64,000 bases of DNA from contig JACPFF010000006.1 of assembly GCA_016183065.1 (NCBI GenBank), positions 107,578 to 171,577 on the forward strand, given 5' to 3'. The notes beneath the pieces are model-generated. The model worked only from the letters and a program-made list of their open reading frames with translations. It ran no database searches and had not been told where the DNA came from. Every line of letters begins with the position of its first letter. Positions within the stretch are counted from its first letter, which is position 1. The DNA comes from Deltaproteobacteria bacterium. GTDB lineage: Bacteria > UBA10199 > GCA-002796325 > JACPFF01. The position numbers and the translations under genes were made by a program. Below, piece by piece: positions 31,136 to 39,389 of the stretch.

Positions 31136-32491
31136 TCATCCTCTGATATGCCGCTCCACGGCGGCCACAAACCGGTCGATCTCCTCGCGGGTATTCTCTT
31201 CGGTGACGCAGACGAGCAAGGCATTGGGGAGGTCATCGTACCAGCGGGAGAGCGCAATACCCCCGAATATCCGGTCTTCCTGCAATGCCGCAAGCAGTGA
31301 TGCGGCCGGGCATGGCAGGGTGATGACACACTCATGAAAGGTCGGTGCCGAAAACGTCGCGCGGACGCCGGCAAGACGTGTCAGTTCCTCGCGTGCGTAC
31401 TCGGCCTTCTCCCAGTTGATCCGAGCCAGTCGGCGGAATCCCTCCTTGCCAAGCCACGCGGTGTAGATCGTTGTGGCCAAGGCGCAGAGTTGCTGGTTGG
31501 TGCAGAGGTTCGATGTCGCCCGCTCCCGCCGGATATGTTGTTCACGGGTGGTCAACGTTAACACAAAACTGCGACGCCCGAGGACGTCGCTCGTGACACC
31601 GGTCAGACGACCCGGCATCTGCCGGACATAGGCTGTGCGTGTCGCGAAGATGCCGACATAGGGGCCGCCATAGCTGGTCGGGTTCCCGAGGGCCTGGCCT
31701 TCGGCCACGACAATGTCGGCCCCCATGGTCCCCGGGGCCTCGATGAGGCCCATGGCAATGGGATCGGGCACAGCCACGATCAGGAGAGCCCCTGCGGCGT
31801 GCACGGCATCGGCGATCGGGCGCAGATCTTCTATTGTCCCGAAGAAACTCGGATATTGCACCACGCATGCGCTGCAGGTCGGTCTCAGTACACACTGTAA
31901 CGCTGCCAGATCGACGGTCCCTGCGCGGGTGTATGGTACCAGTGTCGCCTGCGCTGCCGGATTGAGCCCGACGATCGTCCGGGTTACGGCCCGGATCTCC
32001 GGATGGACGTTCTGCATCACACAATACTCCGAGCGCCGCGTGATCCGCTGTGCCATGAAGACCGCTTCCACGATGCCGGTCGACAGGTCGTAGGTGGACG
32101 CATTGGCGATATCGAGTCCAAACAGCTCGCACATCATTGATTGATATTCGAAGATCGCTTGCAGTGTTCCCTGACTCAGTTCGGGTTGATACGGCGTATA
32201 TGGAGTGAGGAATTCACCGCGTGACACGAGTTGCCAGACCACGGCCGGGATGAAATGCCGATAACTTCCGCCCCCAAGAAAACTCGCCCATCTCTGTGGC
32301 GTGGCGTTCTGTTCCGCCAGTCCCTGCAGGGCGCGCCACAATTCGGGTTCGCTGCACGCCGGCGGCAGCGCCAACGGCCCTTTCAGCCGCAAGGCGTCGG
32401 GGATGCTCTGAAAGAGGGCGTCGATCGAGGCGGCGCCGATCGTTCGCAACATGGCATCGATGTCGTCCGGCGTATGCGGGAGATAGCGCAT
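31136..32491 (-). CDS. gcvPA: glycine dehydrogenase (decarboxylating) subunit 1
   Basis: Start MRYLPHTPDDIDAML at 32491 with a GGAGG-like RBS. Conserved GcvPA blocks throughout. Confidence 0.9.
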   Translation of the reverse strand: MRYLPHTPDDIDAMLRTIGAASIDALFQSIPDALRLKGPLALPPACSEPELWRALQGLAEQNATPQRWASFLGGGSYRHFIPAVVWQLVSRGEFLTPYTPYQPELSQGTLQAIFEYQSMMCELFGLDIANASTYDLSTGIVEAVFMAQRITRRSEYCVMQNVHPEIRAVTRTIVGLNPAAQATLVPYTRAGTVDLAALQCVLRPTCSACVVQYPSFFGTIEDLRPIADAVHAAGALLIVAVPDPIAMGLIEAPGTMGADIVVAEGQALGNPTSYGGPYVGIFATRTAYVRQMPGRLTGVTSDVLGRRSFVLTLTTREQHIRRERATSNLCTNQQLCALATTIYTAWLGKEGFRRLARINWEKAEYAREELTRLAGVRATFSAPTFHECVITLPCPAASLLAALQEDRIFGGIALSRWYDDLPNALLVCVTEENTREEIDRFVAAVERHIRG

Positions 32492-32501
32492 GCAGGAGGC
32501 C

Positions 32502-32891
32502 TTATCCGTGCTCGGCCGCAACAAAGGTCGCGTAGTCATCGGGAGACATGAGGTCCTCGAGCTCATCGATATTGGACATTTCAATGCGGACCATCCAGCC
32601 TTCCCCATAACAATCGGCATTGACCTGCTCGGGCTGATCCTTCAAGGGGCTGTTCGCCGCGATGATCTCGCCGCTCACCGGGGCAAAGATGTCACTCACG
32701 GCCTTCACCGATTCCACCACCCCGAGCGATTCGCCCTTGGTGACGGTGTCGCCCTCGTCGGGGAGTTCCACAAAGACCACATCGCCCAACTGCGTCTGCG
32801 CATAATCGGTAATGCCGACCGTCACGACATTGTCTTCCAAACGGATCCACTCATGTTCTTTGGTGAACTTGCATTCCTTGTCGATCTCCAT
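32502..32891 (-). CDS. gcvH: glycine cleavage system H protein
   Basis: 129 aa with the lipoyl-lysine context VESVKAVSD. Confidence 0.9.
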   Translation of the reverse strand: MEIDKECKFTKEHEWIRLEDNVVTVGITDYAQTQLGDVVFVELPDEGDTVTKGESLGVVESVKAVSDIFAPVSGEIIAANSPLKDQPEQVNADCYGEGWMVRIEMSNIDELEDLMSPDDYATFVAAEHG

Positions 32892-32898
32892 AGGGCCC

Positions 32899-33984
32899 CT
32901 ATTGTGTGTGGTAAAAGGGTAATTGGACGACCTCTGCTAGGCGTTCGGTTCCACGAATGTCAACGGAAAATTTGGTATGCGGTTGCGCAATGTTTTTCGG
33001 AAGAAATCCCAGCCCAATGCCGACCCGTAAAGAGGGGGACATCGTGCCGCTCGTGACATAGCCGACCGGTTTGTGATGCGTGATGAGCGGATATCCAGCG
33101 CGCGGAATCCCGGGATCGACCATGGTGAACCCCACCAGCTGGCGTTCCCATCCCGCGGCCTTTTGCGCAGAGAGCGCGTCACGGCCGATGAAATCCCCCT
33201 TGTCGAGTTTCACGACCCAGCTGAGCCGCGTCTCCCAGGGGGTCGTCTTGATGGTGATTTCATGTCCATGCAATGGGTAGCCCATTTCCAGACGCAACGT
33301 GTCGCGCGCGCCCAGCCCGCACGGGATCAGGCCATGCGGCTTTCCGGCAGCGAGGAGGGTCCGCCAGATCAGCGCGGCATCCTTTGCCGGGATGAACATT
33401 TCATAGCCGGGTTCACCGGTATATCCCGTGCGTGCGAGCAACATCGGAATGCCGTGCAGGTGTGTCGGCGCAATCCCGAATCGCCGGATGGTCCCCAGCG
33501 GCATCGTCGTGAGAGGCTGGAGAATGGTATCGGCCTTTGGCCCCTGCAACGCGAGGAGGGCATACTCCTCACTCCGATTGACGAGCTGGGCATCCTCCCG
33601 CTGATGCGCCATCAACCAGTGCCAATCGGTCTCCGCGTTGCCGGCATTCACCACCAGCAGATACTGGTCGACGGCCAGGCAATAGACGATGATGTCATCG
33701 ATGATGCCGCCATGCTCATTGAGGAGCAAGGAATACTGTGCGTCGCCGACGGCCAGCGACTCCACGTCATTCACCGTCATTTTCTGGAGAAAGGCCGTGG
33801 CGCCAGGACCGGCAATTTCAAATTCACCCATGTGGCTGACATCGAAGAGACCGGCGGCGGTCCGGACGGTCGCATGTTCGACCAACGTCCCGGTTGGGTA
33901 TTGCACCGGCATGGCCCAGTGGGCGAATTCCACGATGCGCGCATCGTGCTCCGTATGTTCATGGAACAAGGGGGTCTGTTTCAT
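32899..33984 (-). CDS. gcvT: aminomethyltransferase (glycine cleavage T protein)
   Basis: 361 aa. MKQTPLFHEH...FAHWAMPVQY...LFDVSHMGE is typical of GcvT. Confidence 0.9.
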   Translation of the reverse strand: MKQTPLFHEHTEHDARIVEFAHWAMPVQYPTGTLVEHATVRTAAGLFDVSHMGEFEIAGPGATAFLQKMTVNDVESLAVGDAQYSLLLNEHGGIIDDIIVYCLAVDQYLLVVNAGNAETDWHWLMAHQREDAQLVNRSEEYALLALQGPKADTILQPLTTMPLGTIRRFGIAPTHLHGIPMLLARTGYTGEPGYEMFIPAKDAALIWRTLLAAGKPHGLIPCGLGARDTLRLEMGYPLHGHEITIKTTPWETRLSWVVKLDKGDFIGRDALSAQKAAGWERQLVGFTMVDPGIPRAGYPLITHHKPVGYVTSGTMSPSLRVGIGLGFLPKNIAQPHTKFSVDIRGTERLAEVVQLPFYHTQ

Positions 33985-34826
33985 TGCAGGCGCTGCTTAG
34001 CAAGCATGACACAATTTTGCAACACCATGGCGATGGTCATGGGGCCGACGCCGCCGGGGACTGGTGTGATATGCCCGGCATGTGCTGCGGTCGCGCGGTC
34101 GACATCCCCGACGATCGTGCCGTCCGGCTGCCGATTGATCCCCACATCGATGACGATCGCGCCCGGTTTGATCCACGTGCCCTGCACGTATTGCGGTCGG
34201 CCAATGGCCGCCACCACAATATCAGCGGTGCGCACATGGTCCGCGAGAGCCCGGGTCTTGGAGTGGCACATGGTCACGGTGACATCGGCGTTAATCAACA
34301 GCTGGGCGATCGGTTTTCCCACAATGGCGCTTCGGCCCACCACGGTGGCGGTGGCCCCCGGCAGCGGCACCCCGGTCGTTTCGAGGAGGGCCATGATCCC
34401 GAGCGGAGTACACGGACGGGGGCCGGGGAGGCCGAGCATGAGGCGCCCGACATTGACCGGATGAAAACCATCGACATCTTTGGAGGGATCGATTGCGGCA
34501 ATCACCTGTTCCGTGCGGATCTGCGGTGGCAAGGGGAGTTGTACGAGGATGGCGTCGATGGCCTCGCGCTCGTTGAGTTGCGCAATGAGGGTTAACACCG
34601 CGCTCTCTGTAGCATCCGACGGGAGAAGGTGTTGTTCATGACGCACGCCGACCCGCTGGCAGGCGCGGGTTTTATTCCGCACGTAGAGCAGTGATGCGGG
34701 ATTTTCGCCCACGAGAATGACCGCCAATGTCGGCGTGTGTCCTCCATGCGTCAATGCGGCAACGCTCGCGGAAAGTCGTGCACACTGTTGGTCCGCACAG
34801 GCGTTCCCGTCGATGAGGTGTGCCAT
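33981..34826 (-). CDS. folD: bifunctional methylenetetrahydrofolate dehydrogenase/cyclohydrolase
   Basis: Start MAHLIDGNA at 34826. The stop overlaps the gcvT start (ATGA). Conserved ILVQLPLP and PGGVGPMT motifs. Confidence 0.9.
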   Translation of the reverse strand: MAHLIDGNACADQQCARLSASVAALTHGGHTPTLAVILVGENPASLLYVRNKTRACQRVGVRHEQHLLPSDATESAVLTLIAQLNEREAIDAILVQLPLPPQIRTEQVIAAIDPSKDVDGFHPVNVGRLMLGLPGPRPCTPLGIMALLETTGVPLPGATATVVGRSAIVGKPIAQLLINADVTVTMCHSKTRALADHVRTADIVVAAIGRPQYVQGTWIKPGAIVIDVGINRQPDGTIVGDVDRATAAHAGHITPVPGGVGPMTIAMVLQNCVMLAKQRLQ

Positions 34827-34851
34827 ACGTATATCGCGGCCTGTCAGTATA

Positions 34852-35020
34852 CTATTGGAGGGGCTCACGTCGCCCCCTCCAGCGGCAAAGCCGCTGGAGC
34901 CTCCCCTTCAACGCCGCGGTGCGGATGGGTCGTGGGGCCCCGGACGTTAGTCCGGGGTGTGTCGTGCTCCGGCGAAGCCTCCTCCCAGGGTGCCACGGGC
35001 GTGAGCCCGTGGGGCCCCAC
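34852..35020 (+). repeat. GC-rich mosaic intergenic repeat, copy 3 (variant-B hairpin plus extra hairpin modules)
   Basis: The same left end and the CTCCAGCGGCAAAGCCGCTGGAG hairpin as copy 2, followed by CCCCGGACgttaGTCCGGGG and CCACGGGCgtgaGCCCGTGG hairpins. Fills the rpsI-folD spacer. Confidence 0.8.
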
Positions 35021-35031
35021 CATCGGAGTGA

Positions 35032-35433
35032 CTATCGCTTGGAGTATTGGAAACTCTTGCGCGCCTTTTTATGGCCGTACTTTTTCCGCTCTTTGGCCCG
35101 CGGATCGCGCGTGAGATAGCCCGCGCCTTTGAGTCCCTTCCGGAATTCGGGATTCACCAAGAGGAGTGCCCGCGCAATACCGTGACGAATCGCCTCGGCC
35201 TGTCCCGATGGGCCACCACCAGAGACCTTCACGGCCGCATCAAATTGTTTTTCGGTCTGTGTCACCCCAAACGGCTGCTGAACGACAATGGGGAGCGTGG
35301 CCCGTCCAAAATATTCTTCCAGCGCCTTGTGATTGACGACAATCGCGCCGCTCCCTTTCCGGAGTCGCACGCGCGCAATGGCGGTCTTCCGTTTTCCTGT
35401 GGCAGCAAACTCTTCCTGTCCCTTCTGTGCCAT
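35032..35433 (-). CDS. rpsI: 30S ribosomal protein S9
   Basis: [10 protein letters not shown] ... C-terminal [12 protein letters not shown]. Start at the Met at 35433. Confidence 0.9.
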   Translation of the reverse strand: MAQKGQEEFAATGKRKTAIARVRLRKGSGAIVVNHKALEEYFGRATLPIVVQQPFGVTQTEKQFDAAVKVSGGGPSGQAEAIRHGIARALLLVNPEFRKGLKGAGYLTRDPRAKERKKYGHKKARKSFQYSKR

Positions 35434-35461
35434 ACGACGTGGTGTCCCTTCTTGCCGTTCG

Positions 35462-35896
35462 TTATACCGCGGCGATCGGTTGCTGCGCCTGATGCGGATG
35501 CTCTTGACCCGCATAGATCTTCAGTTTGGTGATCAAGAGATCCGAGAGCCGGTTCTTCGGCAGCATCCCTGCAACCGCCTTCCGCAAGATTCTCTCCGGA
35601 TGCTTTGCCCGCATCTCTTTGGCCGAGATCCCCTTAATACCGCCTGGATATCCGGAATGGGACCAGTAGATCTTTTGGCGCCATTTGTCCCCGGTCAACG
35701 TGATCTTTTCCACGTTGATGGCGATGACAAAATCGCCGGTGTCTTGATGCGGGGTAAAACTCGGCCGATGTTTCCCCCGGAGGATGTCCGCAATACGGGT
35801 GGCAAGCCGGCCCACGGGTTGATCCGTGCAATCGACCAGGAGCCACTCCTTTTTCGTCGCCTTTTCGAGATTCATGGGAGTGCTTTTTGTCGCCAT
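35462..35896 (-). CDS. rplM: 50S ribosomal protein L13
   Basis: [33 protein letters not shown] is classic L13. Start at 35896 (alternative 35917). Confidence 0.9.
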   Translation of the reverse strand: MATKSTPMNLEKATKKEWLLVDCTDQPVGRLATRIADILRGKHRPSFTPHQDTGDFVIAINVEKITLTGDKWRQKIYWSHSGYPGGIKGISAKEMRAKHPERILRKAVAGMLPKNRLSDLLITKLKIYAGQEHPHQAQQPIAAV

Positions 35897-36627
35897 AGGG
35901 TGCTTGCGACTAGTCATGGAGAGCTGGAAAGTCAACGGAAAACAGGGGATTTGCGGATTCCACTTTTCGACCATAGGGGAGGTGTGATACTATTATACGC
36001 CATTATGGGCCGTTCACCGAGGGAAGAAGTTGGGGAGAAAGACCGCGGAAGGCGCTCGTCGGGGTCGAATCCGTCCGCGCAGACGGATGAATCGGCACGT
36101 TCTGAGCCGTCTTTTCACTCTGTTGAAATCATCGATTTTTTTCGTGATGCGCACGGCAAAGAGACCCTTCTTGACGGGTGTCATCGCTTTCTCCGACGCT
36201 CTTTTCGGACGATTATCATTTTTGCGGTGACCCCCCAAGGACTCCGTTGGCTGGCCGGAGCAGGTCCCAACATGAAACCGCCCCAGAAGCGGGTCATTCC
36301 GTGGCGGCATAGCCCCCTGCTGCGGCGCGTGGCCCACCAACGACACCCCTACGTGGGACCGATCCCCGCAGATCCGGATGAGCGCGGCATCTTGATCCAC
36401 CATCTCCATGCCCGTCCGGAGCGGTGTTGGCTCTATCCCGCCGCAGTCGGGGAACAGGTCGATTGTCTCATCTATGCAGATACCCCTCTCTTTGCGCCCG
36501 ATCTCGCCGCTCGGCATCTCGATTTTGTGACACGCCGCATGATCTTGGCCCTTCGGCGTTCCCTGATCGAGCGATTACTCCTGACGTCCCGGTAGCAGGC
36601 CATTGTGATCGCCCTCCGACGACGTCT

Positions 36628-37788
36628 CTACGAACGCCGCGGTGGGGCGAGTCGGCGGCGTGTGGCGACGATGGCGGGGAGTTGTTCGAGGAGCGCATCG
36701 ATGTCGGAATTCGTGGTGTAGCGACTGATGCTCAAACGGAGCGTCCCGCGGATCTCGGCGTTGGAGAACCCCATGGCCCGCAGGACATGCGAGGGCTCGA
36801 TCGAACCGGCGGCACAGGCCGAGCCGGTCGATGCGGCAATGCCTCCCTCACTGAGGGCCAGGATCATCCCTTCCCCATCGACGCCTTCCATCCGGACACT
36901 CGTCGTATTGGCCACGCGCAGCGTCCGGTGCCCGTTGATCGCCATGTCGGGGATCCGTGTCAGCAGGGCATGCTCCATCCGATCGCGCAGCGCACGGACC
37001 GCGGTGTCTACGGTCGACAGATGCGTCCGCGCCAGTGTGGCCGCCACGCCCAGGCCGACGATCTGCGCAACGTTCTCCGTCCCCGCGCGCCGACCCTGTT
37101 CCTGCCCGCCGCCCCGAAACATCGGTCGGAAGGGCGTCCCCGGTCGGAGGTAGAGGGCACCGACTCCCTTTGGTGCATGGAACTTGTGCCCAGAAAGGGA
37201 GAGGGCCGCAATCGGGTGGCGACATAAGTCAATCGAAACTTTCCCAATGGCCTGGACTGCGTCGCAGTGGAACGGAACTCCCCGCTCTTCACAGATGGCC
37301 GCGATCTGCTCGATGGGGAAGAGGACCCCGGTCTCATTGTTGGCCCACATCAGTGACACACAGGCGGTCTCCGGCGTGCAGACGTCCGCGACCTGCTGCG
37401 GATCGAGCGTCCCGTCGGCAGCGACCGGGAGGCGGGTGATCGTGTAGCCTTGCTCTTCGAGGAGGGCGCAATAATTGCGGACCGCCGCGTGTTCGACCGT
37501 GCTGGTGACCAGATGCCGTTTCGTCGGTTGGGCGGCACAGAGTCCGAAGAGGGCGAGGTTATCGGCCTCGGTCCCGGAACTCGTAAAGATCACGCTACTC
37601 GCTCGTGGGGCGCCGATCAACGTGGCCACGGCCTGACGGGCCGCATCGAGATCGGTCGCGACTTCGCGCCCAAACTGGTGCAGGCTGGAGGGATTTCCCC
37701 AGCGTGTGGCATAGGAGGGTTGCATGGCCTCGACGACTTCCGGCGCGGGCTGTGTGGTGGCATTGTTGTCGAAATAGTGGAGGGGCAT
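36628..37788 (-). CDS. cysteine desulfurase (NifS/IscS class)
   Basis: 386 aa. YFDNNATT, the SGHKFHAPKG PLP-lysine motif and the active-site STGSACA are present. Confidence 0.85.
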   Translation of the reverse strand: MPLHYFDNNATTQPAPEVVEAMQPSYATRWGNPSSLHQFGREVATDLDAARQAVATLIGAPRASSVIFTSSGTEADNLALFGLCAAQPTKRHLVTSTVEHAAVRNYCALLEEQGYTITRLPVAADGTLDPQQVADVCTPETACVSLMWANNETGVLFPIEQIAAICEERGVPFHCDAVQAIGKVSIDLCRHPIAALSLSGHKFHAPKGVGALYLRPGTPFRPMFRGGGQEQGRRAGTENVAQIVGLGVAATLARTHLSTVDTAVRALRDRMEHALLTRIPDMAINGHRTLRVANTTSVRMEGVDGEGMILALSEGGIAASTGSACAAGSIEPSHVLRAMGFSNAEIRGTLRLSISRYTTNSDIDALLEQLPAIVATRRRLAPPRRS

Positions 37789-37940
37789 CTTTCGGTGGTC
37801 ATAATGAATGTGCCCGGAGACGGAAAGGGGGAAATGCCCCCATCTCTTCCCCCGAGCTCCCCGAGCGGCTTGACATCTGGTCGGAATTTGTTATCCCGAC
37901 ACGCCCTGAAGCAGACGGATTGTGAAGGGGAGGAGGCTGT

Positions 37941-38156
37941 ATGGCACGAGTGACTGTCGAAGACTGTTTGGAAGAGGCCGATAACCGCTTTGTCTTGGTC
38001 CATTTGGCCGCCAAGCGCGCCAAGGAATTGCTCAAGGGGGCACCGGCGGTACATCGGTGCAAGAATCGCGAGGTCGTCACCGCGTTGCGCGAAATTGCCG
38101 ATCTCAAGGTCCACCCCGTCATCCCAGACACAGTCGCGCCAGACGCCAAACAGTAG
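37941..38156 (+). CDS. rpoZ: DNA-directed RNA polymerase subunit omega
   Basis: 71 aa. [30 protein letters not shown] is typical of RpoZ. GGGGAGGAGG RBS. Confidence 0.85.
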   Translation: MARVTVEDCLEEADNRFVLVHLAAKRAKELLKGAPAVHRCKNREVVTALREIADLKVHPVIPDTVAPDAKQ

Positions 38157-38164
38157 GCTGGTTT

Positions 38165-38248
38165 GCCGGGATGGCGGAACTGGCAGACGCGCCAGACTCA
38201 AAATCTGGTGGAGGCAACTCCGTGGGGGTTCGACCCCCCCTCCCGGCA
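38165..38248 (+). tRNA. tRNA-Leu (anticodon CAA), type II with long variable arm
   Basis: Folded by hand. Acceptor GCCGGGA/TCCCGGC, D stem GCG/CGC, anticodon stem CCAGA/TCTGG with loop CTCAAAA, variable arm GGAG/CTCC, T arm GGGGG-TTCGACC-CCCCC, discriminator A. No encoded CCA. Confidence 0.9.
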
Positions 38249-38295
38249 CAACAGGCGGTCCTGCAGGCCTGTCTGTTCGAATTGTACATTACATG

Positions 38296-38565
38296 TTAGC
38301 CGTTCTTCCGGCGCGGTTTTTTCCAGGTGGTATATTTGCCGGAAGAGATCTCTTTTTCGGTCCTGCGCAGCTTGGCCAAAATTTCGGGCTCCGTTTCCAA
38401 AATGTCGAGTGTCTCGAGGAGCGCCTCATATTCCTCAAACGGGAGCAAAGCGCTCACCGGTTCTCCATCTTTGAGAATGATGAACGATTCGCCAAGTTCC
38501 TGATTGCGACGTGCCAACTCAAGAAACTTTTGCTTTGCCTTTGTGATCGGTAATAATTGGGCCAT
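38296..38565 (-). CDS. type II antitoxin, Phd/YefM family
   Basis: 89 aa. The pattern ITKAKQKFLELAR...FIILKDGEPVSALLPFEEYEALLETLDIL is typical of Phd/YefM. Lies 6 nt downstream of the toxin gene. Confidence 0.8.
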   Translation of the reverse strand: MAQLLPITKAKQKFLELARRNQELGESFIILKDGEPVSALLPFEEYEALLETLDILETEPEILAKLRRTEKEISSGKYTTWKKPRRKNG

Positions 38566-38570
38566 AGTGG

Positions 38571-38834
38571 TTACCTCCGGAATTTTTCATAGACTTCCTT
38601 ACGATGGTGAATGCGCAGGACCTCGACAATGATCTCCTGCCGCCGGATCACGTAGATGATCCGATACACGCCAACACGATATGACCAGTAGCCGCGCAAT
38701 TCGCCCCGCAACGATTTGCCGAGATGCGGGTTTTCCACCAAGCGATCCAGCCCATGTGCCATCTGTATCTGGTGTTTCCCGCTCAGCGAGGAGTAAAAAC
38801 GTTGCGCCTGTTCCGATAATCGTAACGTCCACAT
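38571..38834 (-). CDS. type II toxin, RelE/ParE family
   Basis: 87 aa. GELRGYWSYRVGVYRIIYVIRRQEIIVEVLRIHHRKEVY matches the ParE/RelE toxin signature. Confidence 0.8.
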   Translation of the reverse strand: MWTLRLSEQAQRFYSSLSGKHQIQMAHGLDRLVENPHLGKSLRGELRGYWSYRVGVYRIIYVIRRQEIIVEVLRIHHRKEVYEKFRR

Positions 38835-38842
38835 CTATGGAC

Positions 38843-38871
38843 ATTATAATGGACTTATATAATGCTGTCAA
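38843..38871 (-). promoter_or_regulatory. sigma70-type consensus promoter of the toxin-antitoxin operon
   Basis: Minus strand reads TTGACA (38871-38866), a 17-nt spacer, TATAAT (38848-38843), then 8 nt before the toxin ATG at 38834. This implies a leaderless or near-leaderless transcript. The ATGGAC(A)TTATA motif is duplicated across it. Confidence 0.55.
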
Positions 38872-38981
38872 CATATGGCGCCAGCAACGGATGCATGACC
38901 TGCCCGATACGCAGTATGTCGGTGCCCGATTGTTAGGACTTCATGGTTGTCATGGTGAGTGGAAAGGGTTAAAGAGCAGGT

Positions 38982-39350
38982 ATGCCCGAAAATGCCCAGG
39001 AAAAATCCCAACGTGTGGCCGGTCAGATAGCTGCGATTGCTGCGCAGGTGAAGGCGGAAGAGATCCGGATCCTCGATCTCCGCGGTCTCACGAGTTTTAC
39101 CGACTTTTTTGTCATCTGCACCGGCCGCTCGAATCGCCAGGTGCAGGCGATTGCCGATGCGATGTATCGTGACATCCGCGCCAAGGGGACGACGCCGTTG
39201 GGGATGGAGGGTTATGACACGGCCCAGTGGATATTGATCGACTTGGGTGATGTGGTCGCGCACATCTTCTATCCCGAGGCCCGCGTCTACTATCAAATTG
39301 AAAAGATGTGGGCCGATGCCCCGGAAATTCCGTACGCCGAAGCCTCGTAA
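38982..39350 (+). CDS. rsfS: ribosome silencing factor RsfS (Iojap)
   Basis: 122 aa. TDFFVICTGRSNRQVQAIAD...WILIDLGDVVAHIF is typical of RsfS. Confidence 0.85.
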   Translation: MPENAQEKSQRVAGQIAAIAAQVKAEEIRILDLRGLTSFTDFFVICTGRSNRQVQAIADAMYRDIRAKGTTPLGMEGYDTAQWILIDLGDVVAHIFYPEARVYYQIEKMWADAPEIPYAEAS

Positions 39351-39389
39351 TCCTTGTACAGATTGGTGTGCGGAGGGAGGGGAGTGCCG

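Noticed and set aside
34827-35031. Glycine riboswitch expected upstream of a gcv operon
   Set aside because: Reading the minus strand, I did not find the conserved GGAGAG...CACCGAAGGGGCAA type aptamer cores. The spacer is explained by repeat copy 3. A covariance-model scan would be needed for certainty.
38249-38981. Integrated mobile element at tRNA-Leu
   Set aside because: There is no integrase or recombinase gene, and I found no direct repeat of the tRNA 3' end flanking the TA module. Only the compositional shift and the TA genes are present.
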